From contig CAZXML010000002.1 of the NCBI GenBank assembly GCA_964641245.1, positions 10,548 to 74,547 of the forward strand: 64,000 nucleotides of DNA, read 5' to 3'. The notes beneath the pieces are model-generated. The model was not told where the DNA came from. It saw nothing but the letters and a program-made list of their open reading frames with translations, and searched no databases. The position numbers and the translations under genes are program-made. Below are positions 56,828 to 64,000 of this stretch, in pieces; the stretch's first letter is position 1; each line of letters starts with the position of its first letter. Source of the stretch: an uncultured Gammaproteobacteria bacterium (lineage in GTDB: Bacteria; Patescibacteriota; Patescibacteriia; Magasanikbacterales; GWA2-37-8).

Positions 56828-57332
56828 TAACATCGAAATAACGAAATACCACGAAAACTACGAAATACCAAAATGACAACAATTAATCATTTATTGAGGC
56901 GAAAAGATTTAATTTATCCAGACTTAAGTTTTAGGGTTGTTGGTGTTTTAATCGATGTATACAAACAACTTGGACCTGGCCATCAAGAAAAGTACTACCA
57001 AAATGCTGTTTCTCTTGGTCTGGCAAGAGCTGGGTTAAACTTTGAGGAACAAAAACATGTGCCTCTCACATTTCACGGCACAAATATTGGCCGATACTTT
57101 TTAGACTTTCTTATTGAAGACAAGTTGGTTCTTGAACTTAAAAAGGGAGAATTCATACCCAAAGAAACTTTTGACCAAGTCAAAGGATACCTGACTGCTT
57201 TAAACTTACAATTAGCAATTATTGCAAACTTTACACTACACGGAGTATTCTATAAAAGAATTGTTGCAACACCAAACCCAAAGTAACACTTGTTTTTCGC
57301 GGTTTTCGCGGTATTTCGTAATTTCGATGTTA
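56828..57332 (+). mobile_element. Candidate element: GxxExxY gene between ~38-bp inverted arms made of CGAAA tandem units
   Basis: Left taacatcgaaataacgaaataccacgaaaactacgaaa; right (reverse complement) taacatcgaaattacgaaataccgcgaaaaccgcgaaa. Confidence 0.7.
56873..57286 (+). CDS. GxxExxY family PD-(D/E)XK-like nuclease
   Basis: LGPGHQEKYY, LDFLIEDKLVLELK, QVKGYL, IIANF. Confidence 0.92.
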   Translation: MTTINHLLRRKDLIYPDLSFRVVGVLIDVYKQLGPGHQEKYYQNAVSLGLARAGLNFEEQKHVPLTFHGTNIGRYFLDFLIEDKLVLELKKGEFIPKETFDQVKGYLTALNLQLAIIANFTLHGVFYKRIVATPNPK

Positions 57333-57333
57333 T

Positions 57334-58215
57334 ATGTATTCTCAAATCGACTCCAACAAACGCCAATCAGTTGTATTGATGATGATTTTTATCGCCGTTA
57401 TTATTGGTCTTGGGTATGTTTTTGATAAAGTTTGGGGAGCTGGCGATTTTAGTTTTGTGATATTCGCGGTGCTTTTGTCTTTTGGGATGACGGCTATTTC
57501 GTATTTTCAGGGCGACAAAATTGCTTTGTGGAACACGGGCGCCAAACCGATTGTGAAAGAAGAAAATGCGTATCTATACCGCATGGTGGAAAATCTTTGC
57601 ATCACTAGCGGCGCACCCACACCGAAAATTTATATCATAGAAGACTCCGCCATAAATGCTTTTGCCACCGGCCGAAAACCGGAAATGGCCTCTATTGCCG
57701 TTACCCGTGGGGCAATAGAAAAACTAACCAACGAAGAATTAGAGGGCGTGCTGGCCCACGAATTATCGCACATAAAAAATTACGATATCCGCTTTATGAC
57801 CCTCGTAGCCGTGCTGGTGGGCTCTATTTCTATACTTTCTCATATATTCTTACGTAGCCACCTACTTCCCCGCCGTAGCAACAGAGAGGGTGGAAATGCC
57901 GGCGCCATCTTTATGCTTATCGGCGTAGTATTAGCCATCCTATCCCCCATCATTGCCGAACTTATTAAACTAGCTATCTCCCGCCGACGCGAATACTTGG
58001 CCGATGCTTCCGGGGCATTATTGACCCGCTATCCAGCGGGCCTCGCTAACGCGCTCGGAAAAATCGCGGCCGAAAACCAACCAATGGCCAATGCCAGCCA
58101 AGCCACAGCCCACCTATTTATCGCCAACCCTTTTGCCGGCAAAAAAATATCTTCACTCTTCTCTACCCACCCTCCTGTACAAGATAGAATTAAGAAACTT
58201 AGAGAAATGGCTTAA
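57334..58215 (+). CDS. htpX: Zinc metalloprotease HtpX (M48)
   Basis: NAFATG, HELSH, SRRREYLAD, STHPP. Confidence 0.94.
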   Translation: MYSQIDSNKRQSVVLMMIFIAVIIGLGYVFDKVWGAGDFSFVIFAVLLSFGMTAISYFQGDKIALWNTGAKPIVKEENAYLYRMVENLCITSGAPTPKIYIIEDSAINAFATGRKPEMASIAVTRGAIEKLTNEELEGVLAHELSHIKNYDIRFMTLVAVLVGSISILSHIFLRSHLLPRRSNREGGNAGAIFMLIGVVLAILSPIIAELIKLAISRRREYLADASGALLTRYPAGLANALGKIAAENQPMANASQATAHLFIANPFAGKKISSLFSTHPPVQDRIKKLREMA

Positions 58216-58218
58216 TTT

Positions 58219-58680
58219 ATGTTGTCGGTCAAACCTTTCAGACAATCCGCCGGACTATGCGGACCGGCCAGCCTGAAAATGGTGCTGGAATATTTTGGTG
58301 TAAAAAAATCAGAAAAAGAATTGGCGAAATTATCTAATGCTCATCCACATAATGGAACGACTGCGCAAAATTTGGTAAAGGCGGCCAAAAAACTTGGCTT
58401 CAAAGCCAACTACAAAGATTTTTCTTCGTTAAAAGAAATAAAAAAATATTTGGATAAGAAAATACCAGTCATTGTGGACTGGTTTTCTCATGATGACGGA
58501 CATTATTCGGTGGTGGCCGGTATGGATACAAAATTTATCCACCTGCAAGATCCGGAGTTGGGAAAAATAAACAAAATAGATTTGATTACTTTCCAAAGAG
58601 TTTGGTTTGATTTTGAAGGAGAAAAATTAAATAAAAAACAAGATATCTTCATTCGCCGGCTAATCGTCATCCAGTCTTAA
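58219..58680 (+). CDS. Peptidase C39-like protein
   Basis: Q...CGPASL, GHYSV, DP. Confidence 0.85.
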   Translation: MLSVKPFRQSAGLCGPASLKMVLEYFGVKKSEKELAKLSNAHPHNGTTAQNLVKAAKKLGFKANYKDFSSLKEIKKYLDKKIPVIVDWFSHDDGHYSVVAGMDTKFIHLQDPELGKINKIDLITFQRVWFDFEGEKLNKKQDIFIRRLIVIQS

Positions 58681-58800
58681 CTAGCGAGTTCGCGTCTTTG
58701 CTTCCGGACCAAACAATTTATCAAACACCGAAAGCTTGCGCACTGTGCTATGCTCATTTTTTAGAAAAACTTCTCCGGATTCTTTGCCGATTTTTTGTAC
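58681..58800 (-). pseudogene. 3' fragment paralogous to the 62449..62778 gene
   Basis: Encodes VQKIGKESGEVFLKNEHSTVRKLSVFDKLFGPEAKTRTR*, versus ...NEKNTVRKLSVFDKLFGPDAKTRNR*. Confidence 0.8.
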
Positions 58801-58929
58801 TCATCCGCCAATAGAAGATAGAATAAATAAACTTAGAGAGATGGGAGCTTAAATAATATAAAATTTGCTTCAATGCTTTCTAAAGTCTTAGTTGTGGTTG
58901 GCTTATTAATACGCTATTGAAATTAAAAA

Positions 58930-60291
58930 TTAGTTTATTTTCTTTTTTAACGGTATACGCACTACACTATTCTTTGGATCTTTCGGCGGCTCGTACACAC
59001 CGGGCACGTCGCATCGCACGAACATTTTTGATTCACCGCCTCTCACATTTGCCCATTCTTCGTAGGGCGGCCTAAGCGGGATCTTTTTCTGTACATCTTT
59101 CCCGTCCATATCTTTTCGTTCGCCTTTGACCCATAAGGCGTCCCATTCGTCGGCAGTTTTATCACTGCGGCGACTTTGTTTGAATAAATATTCTGCCAAA
59201 CGGCGCGCAAAAGTTGGGTCCTCTTTTAATTTTTCTGCCACTTGTTTTGCTGTTGATTCCGGTATTATGGTATCAACAGCCAAATATTGTCCTCCCCGAT
59301 TAGAATAATCTTTATATGCATATTCCCGTTCATTTCCCGAGTCTTGCGCCAGATAAACAAACCTATAGGCCATTTCATCACTTCCGTTTGCTACCACTTC
59401 CTTTTGAGCCGCGGTTCTTTTTGTAACTGTGGTTTTTGCTTCATCCGGTTTAAAAAGATGTTTCTTTACAACTTCCGTATGATATTCAACAATAACATGG
59501 GGGGCCAAAATTACAGCTTCGTTAACGTCCGCCTGCTTCATGTAATAACTTTGGTCGCTTCTAGCTGTATCTCTTGGCTGTCTAAAAGCGCCCGCAAGTG
59601 AATCCATGGCAAAATTTCTTGGATGATCGTTGCGTCCATATCTGCGGATACCGCGTTTTTGCTGGATTATATCATTAAATCCAGCATTCCCATCCGGTGC
59701 AAAACCATAAGGAAAACTTGTACTTACTCCAGTTCCACCTTGTTGTGCTATGGCAGCCATCAATATTTTTTCACGCGCCTCGGTCTCCTTGGCTTTATCC
59801 GCTTCGGCGTGATGAGAGACAACCACCTCTTTCGCTTGCGCCGCCCGCTCCTGTTTCCATTTTTCAAAATCTTTTCGCTTTCTGAACTTTCCTTCCTCAT
59901 TTTGTTGTAAAAAATTTTCCAATTCTTCGAATGCCTTGATCTCTGCTTGAACAACGTCAAAATCTTCTGCGGAGTAGTCCGCTAGGTTTACATTATGATA
60001 AACATCACTAACATTTTTTCTTAATGTTTCCAAATCACCCTTCGAAAGTTGAACTTCTGTTTTTAACAAATCAATCCTTGTTCGCGCTTGATCTAACATT
60101 TTTTTCCATGTTTTCATTCCAGCCGGCGAATTTTCCTTTATAGCCACATTATGCAAGTCCGTTACCCTATCAATTTCAAATTGAGCAAACTGCAACAATT
60201 CATCAGCTGAAGCCGTTGCCTCTTTTGTCTCTGCTGTAGAAAATTTAAAATCCTTTCCCTTTTCTCCGCTATCGTCATTGTCTGTGGACAT
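58930..60291 (-). CDS. Hypothetical protein (ORFan, helical N-terminus)
   Basis: 453-aa ORF; no recognised motif. Confidence 0.75.
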   Translation of the reverse strand: MSTDNDDSGEKGKDFKFSTAETKEATASADELLQFAQFEIDRVTDLHNVAIKENSPAGMKTWKKMLDQARTRIDLLKTEVQLSKGDLETLRKNVSDVYHNVNLADYSAEDFDVVQAEIKAFEELENFLQQNEEGKFRKRKDFEKWKQERAAQAKEVVVSHHAEADKAKETEAREKILMAAIAQQGGTGVSTSFPYGFAPDGNAGFNDIIQQKRGIRRYGRNDHPRNFAMDSLAGAFRQPRDTARSDQSYYMKQADVNEAVILAPHVIVEYHTEVVKKHLFKPDEAKTTVTKRTAAQKEVVANGSDEMAYRFVYLAQDSGNEREYAYKDYSNRGGQYLAVDTIIPESTAKQVAEKLKEDPTFARRLAEYLFKQSRRSDKTADEWDALWVKGERKDMDGKDVQKKIPLRPPYEEWANVRGGESKMFVRCDVPGVYEPPKDPKNSVVRIPLKKKIN

Positions 60292-60316
60292 ATAAAAAAA
60301 TTATCAAAAATGTAAT

Positions 60317-61102
60317 TTATTTTTCAAGTTTCTTTAACGCCTCCATGTCGGCTTTTTCAGCAATACTTTCTTTCTCTTCTTGTTCAAAATGACGAACATA
60401 ATCACGCGCTGAATTTACCGAGTAATAAATTCCCATGCCAAACTCGTGGCAAACTGCTTCATAATGCAGCACATCATTTCCATGCTTGGTAAGAAATTCA
60501 ATTTTGAAAGAATCGTTTGGGCGCAAGTCTTCTCCGTCAAAGGAATAAAGAATTTTCCCATCCGGATGGGTTTGTAATATTTTTAAAGCATCACTTTCAA
60601 TACTTAAGCTTCCTCCATAAATTTTTTGTGTTTCCAAAAGCTGTTCTATCTTTCGCTCATTTTCTAAACGTACCAGAAAGTGTTGCTCCATTGCTGTCTC
60701 AACATCTTTACCCTGCTGTTTTTGTCTTGCTAGCTCTTGCATTTCGCGCCGTAAGGCCGCGCGTTTATCATATAATTCTTTTAACTTCCCCACTTCTTCA
60801 AGCGAACCGAATGTTTTCTCTAAATATGAACCCATATCAATTTGACTGCCAACGGGATATTTTTTTCTAAACTCCGCAAGACGCTTATCCAAATCTTGTT
60901 TATGTTCTCTCAAATACTCCGCTTCTTCAGCGGGCAAGGTAGCCAGATACGCATCCCATGATTCGTTATTTATTTTTTCATTATTTTCTTTTCCCTCAAT
61001 TACTGACCCATCTGACATAACTGTAATTGCATTGCGCCTTAACAAAACATATGGCTTGTTTTCTTGGTCTGGAGCTCCAGCGCCTCGTTCCGGGTTGCTC
61101 AT
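60317..61102 (-). CDS. Hypothetical protein (ORFan)
   Basis: 261-aa charged ORF. Confidence 0.75.
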   Translation of the reverse strand: MSNPERGAGAPDQENKPYVLLRRNAITVMSDGSVIEGKENNEKINNESWDAYLATLPAEEAEYLREHKQDLDKRLAEFRKKYPVGSQIDMGSYLEKTFGSLEEVGKLKELYDKRAALRREMQELARQKQQGKDVETAMEQHFLVRLENERKIEQLLETQKIYGGSLSIESDALKILQTHPDGKILYSFDGEDLRPNDSFKIEFLTKHGNDVLHYEAVCHEFGMGIYYSVNSARDYVRHFEQEEKESIAEKADMEALKKLEK

Positions 61103-61142
61103 AAAATATTTGTATTAAATAAATTAATTTTATTATTTTTTA

Positions 61143-61646
61143 TTAAGACAGCTTGTTAATAAGACCCAAATCTTCCATTTTTTTTCGCCATTTACTGATT
61201 TCTTTTTCTCCTAACCAGCCGTATATATTCCCGATGCCTTGTAACTCTTCCGTCACTTTATCCATAGCGCCAGTATTGCCAGCTTCATCGGCATCTTCAA
61301 AACTTTTATTCAAAGACTGTACTTTTTCGGCAAGACTTAACATATCAACCAATTTGCGGGGTTTACCTTGGCGCAGTTCTGCAAGCGCCTGGTTGCAAAG
61401 AGCTAGAAACATTTCTTTTTCATTATCATACTTCTTTTGTTCTTCTACGATAAATTGATAAGTTTCATCCCGTCTTTGTTTGGCTTCCTCACCCACCGGT
61501 GTTGGTTGATTTTTCGGGCCCGTCATGAGCAACAAACCTTCACCTACCATACCATCGTATTTTTTTGCCTGTCCGACTAATTTTTTAAAGAAAGAATCGA
61601 GTTCGCTGGCGATACCTTCTGGATTTTTTAATTTATCCATAAGCAC
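61143..61646 (-). CDS. Hypothetical protein (ORFan)
   Basis: 167-aa helical ORF. Confidence 0.7.
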   Translation of the reverse strand: MLMDKLKNPEGIASELDSFFKKLVGQAKKYDGMVGEGLLLMTGPKNQPTPVGEEAKQRRDETYQFIVEEQKKYDNEKEMFLALCNQALAELRQGKPRKLVDMLSLAEKVQSLNKSFEDADEAGNTGAMDKVTEELQGIGNIYGWLGEKEISKWRKKMEDLGLINKLS

Positions 61647-61657
61647 ATTTACATATC

Positions 61658-62239
61658 TTAATACCTCGTCTTTTTAAACATTCCTATCTTTTTTGCGTCT
61701 TCAACTTTCTTAACAGCCTCATTTTCCCCTATCTGCCTTAACAATTCCAAAAAATCCTCGTCTTTCCATTTTTCATACATTTCGTCGCCTCTTAACCCGG
61801 TGGCAGTACCTCCCCAAGCCATTTCTGCCAACTCCTCCACGGTCGTCGGGTATTCCTGTGGATTTGAGATTTTCTGTTTCTTAAAAATTTCTAATTGTTG
61901 ATTAAAATTACCTGGTAATTCTTTCTTAACTTCAAATTCTGAGGACGACTGTTTGGTCGGCTCTTCCGCTAGCACCTCTTCTATTCCCGATAGTCTTGCT
62001 GGATTAAATCTAAAAGGACGTCCGTAAACTTTTGTTAAACGCACCGCCTCATCTCTTAATTTATTTTCAAATTTTGCCTTTTCATGCAGAACACCCATAG
62101 CATTCTTCTCTCGTGTTTTTTTGAACAATCCTGGCGCATTTTTTATAGCGTCAGATAAAGCTTCTTCGCGTGATTTACTAAATTCTTGGCAGGCGCCAGT
62201 TATATGTTTCCCACCACATATTTTACAAAGATTTTCCAT
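61658..62239 (-). CDS. Hypothetical protein with N-terminal CxxCxxxHxxxxC zinc-knuckle-like motif
   Basis: MENLCKICGGKHITGAC. Confidence 0.7.
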   Translation of the reverse strand: MENLCKICGGKHITGACQEFSKSREEALSDAIKNAPGLFKKTREKNAMGVLHEKAKFENKLRDEAVRLTKVYGRPFRFNPARLSGIEEVLAEEPTKQSSSEFEVKKELPGNFNQQLEIFKKQKISNPQEYPTTVEELAEMAWGGTATGLRGDEMYEKWKDEDFLELLRQIGENEAVKKVEDAKKIGMFKKTRY

Positions 62240-62448
62240 AAAATTGGAGGAAAATTTATTAACACTTTTAATTTTACCCCCCCCCAACACCTATTAGCAA
62301 GAAACTTATCCCCAGTATCACCCATAAATACCTTGTTACATCTTGAAAAGTGCTGAAACATGTGTTGCAATTTGCATTTTAAAGTAACAAAAAAAATAAT
62401 ACGACTACAAAAATCAATAGCCACAAAAGAAATTATTTTGATGCCTAA

Positions 62449-62778
62449 CTACCGATTCCGCGTCTTTGCGTCTGGCCCGAATAATTTATCAAACACCGAA
62501 AGCTTGCGCACGGTGTTTTTTTCATTTTTAAGAAAGACCTCACCAGATTCTTTGCCGATTTTTTGCACGACGTATGCAAAGGCGCGCAAGTCATCACCCA
62601 ATTTTGCCTTAAAAACCATCTTCGGTTTTAATTCTGTTTGTTTTATACGATCAGAAATCTGCAGGCGTTTATTGTAGGCAACATCTTTTTCGTCTTCTTG
62701 ATTTTGTCGTCCAATACTTTCTCGTTTACCCAACCAACGAGAATCAACATTAACTGGTGTGGCGGATTTTTTTGACAT
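62449..62778 (-). CDS. Hypothetical basic protein
   Basis: Starts 10 bp after the PMM stop; paralog fragment differs mostly at synonymous sites, supporting coding status. Confidence 0.75.
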   Translation of the reverse strand: MSKKSATPVNVDSRWLGKRESIGRQNQEDEKDVAYNKRLQISDRIKQTELKPKMVFKAKLGDDLRAFAYVVQKIGKESGEVFLKNEKNTVRKLSVFDKLFGPDAKTRNR

Positions 62779-62788
62779 AAAAAATATT

Positions 62789-64000
62789 TTATTCCTGAAT
62801 TAGATTACTAAACTCTTTTACCTTCTCCATCATAACACTTTCGCTCACCGCCTCCAAATTTAACCGCACCACCGGCTCGGTATTACTTAGCCTAACACTC
62901 GCCCAACCCCAGGCAAACTTCATCCACAAACCATCCAAATGAGAAATACTTTCCGCTTCGTCTTTATATTTTTCTTCAATCCGACTAACCACCTCCGCTT
63001 TATCCTCGATATGAAAATTTATCTCTCCGGAATGAAAATATTTTTGGAGCGGAGATACCAATTTACTCAATGGTTTATTCTCCCGCGACAGCATTTGTAA
63101 AACATAAAGCAAAGACAAGTCCGTGCTTTCTACGTCAAACATGTCATTATAATAAAGATGCAATGAAAGCTCGCTCGCATATGCGCCCCCCACTTCTTTA
63201 AGCATTTTTTTAATATTGGCGTGCCCAACTTTGCACATTTCTACAGTCGCGCCATGCGCTTGCCAAACTTCGGGAACAATCATGCTGGAACGCACATCAT
63301 ACAACATTTTTGCTTTCGGATGATTGCGTAAAACTTCCAAACCAACCAACGCGCCCACAAAAGAAGCATCAACCACAACTCCATTTTCATCCACCAAACC
63401 AATCCTGTCGGCGTCTCCATCTAAAGCAAAACCAAAATCAGCGCCAATGTCCACTACTTTTTTTTGTAAATCAATTAAGGTTTCCACTTTCAGCGGATTG
63501 GCTTCATGATTAGGAAAGTTTCCGTCCGGCTCCAAATATAAATATTCCACGGTTACCGGCAAATTTTTTAAAACTTCCGGAATAGTAACTTTGGCCATGC
63601 CATTGCCGGCGTCAATTACAATTTTCATTGGGCGAATGGAATCCGACGAAACAACGGAAAAAACTTTTTTTAAATAATCGGCCAGCACATCTTTTTTAGG
63701 AAAATCATCCGCTGAATCTTTGTAATCAAAATTGGAATTTATAACCAACTCTTTTATCTCGCCCATCCCGGTTGCCTCGCCTACCGGCAAACCATCGCCC
63801 AAAGTTATTTTAAAACCATTATACTGGGCCGGATTGTGACTGGCAGTAATCATAACACCACCGGCATGCTGGGCGTAATTGGCGCAGGCAAAATTAAATA
63901 AAGGAGTGGAAACCAACCCAATATCCACCACCGCCACATTTTCATCCTTTACCCCTTGCATTAGAGCTTGTTGCAAAGCGGGGCTGGTACCGCGCATATC
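62789..64000 (-). CDS. Phosphomannomutase/phosphoglucomutase (5' end outside window)
   Basis: ITASHNP, DGDADR, SVRLSNTEP. Confidence 0.95.
   Translation of the reverse strand, partial: DMRGTSPALQQALMQGVKDENVAVVDIGLVSTPLFNFACANYAQHAGGVMITASHNPAQYNGFKITLGDGLPVGEATGMGEIKELVINSNFDYKDSADDFPKKDVLADYLKKVFSVVSSDSIRPMKIVIDAGNGMAKVTIPEVLKNLPVTVEYLYLEPDGNFPNHEANPLKVETLIDLQKKVVDIGADFGFALDGDADRIGLVDENGVVVDASFVGALVGLEVLRNHPKAKMLYDVRSSMIVPEVWQAHGATVEMCKVGHANIKKMLKEVGGAYASELSLHLYYNDMFDVESTDLSLLYVLQMLSRENKPLSKLVSPLQKYFHSGEINFHIEDKAEVVSRIEEKYKDEAESISHLDGLWMKFAWGWASVRLSNTEPVVRLNLEAVSESVMMEKVKEFSNLIQE

Overview
Low-GC bacterial chromosome segment. Gene content and style (compact housekeeping genes, split ComEC, giant Cys-rich secreted protein, ORFan arrays) suggest a Patescibacteria/CPR (Parcubacteria-like) genome; this assignment is an inference. 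Core genes include rsmA, tsaC, prfB, groEL/groES, yidC, nusA, comEC, leuS, trxA, infB, truB, rny, hup, tsaD, dnaE, pheT/pheS, rseP, lemA, htpX and a phosphomannomutase, plus tRNA-Glu(TTC), tRNA-Met(CAT) and a probable 6S RNA. A defence islet (HTH-Panacea antitoxin with a broken toxin, MmeI-like Type IIL RM, REase-nSTAND3, OLD nuclease) sits at the tRNA-Glu 3' end. The most striking signal is more than 30 small palindromic elements from at least 8 families. Four families share TGTCAT...ATGACA ends and a paired-hairpin architecture. They lie between genes, in frame inside essential proteins (RsmA, TsaC, LeuRS, TruB, TsaD, DnaE), at stop codons, and nested inside each other. One copy (7689-8068) carries a complete small GIY-YIG nuclease gene between the same 27-bp inverted arms, making it a candidate autonomous parent of a nuclease-driven REP/MITE system. 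A GxxExxY nuclease gene splitting lemA-htpX is likewise bounded by ~38-bp inverted arms built of tandem repeats, and gene-less dyads of the same architecture occur elsewhere. All coordinates and counts were read by eye; no searches were run.
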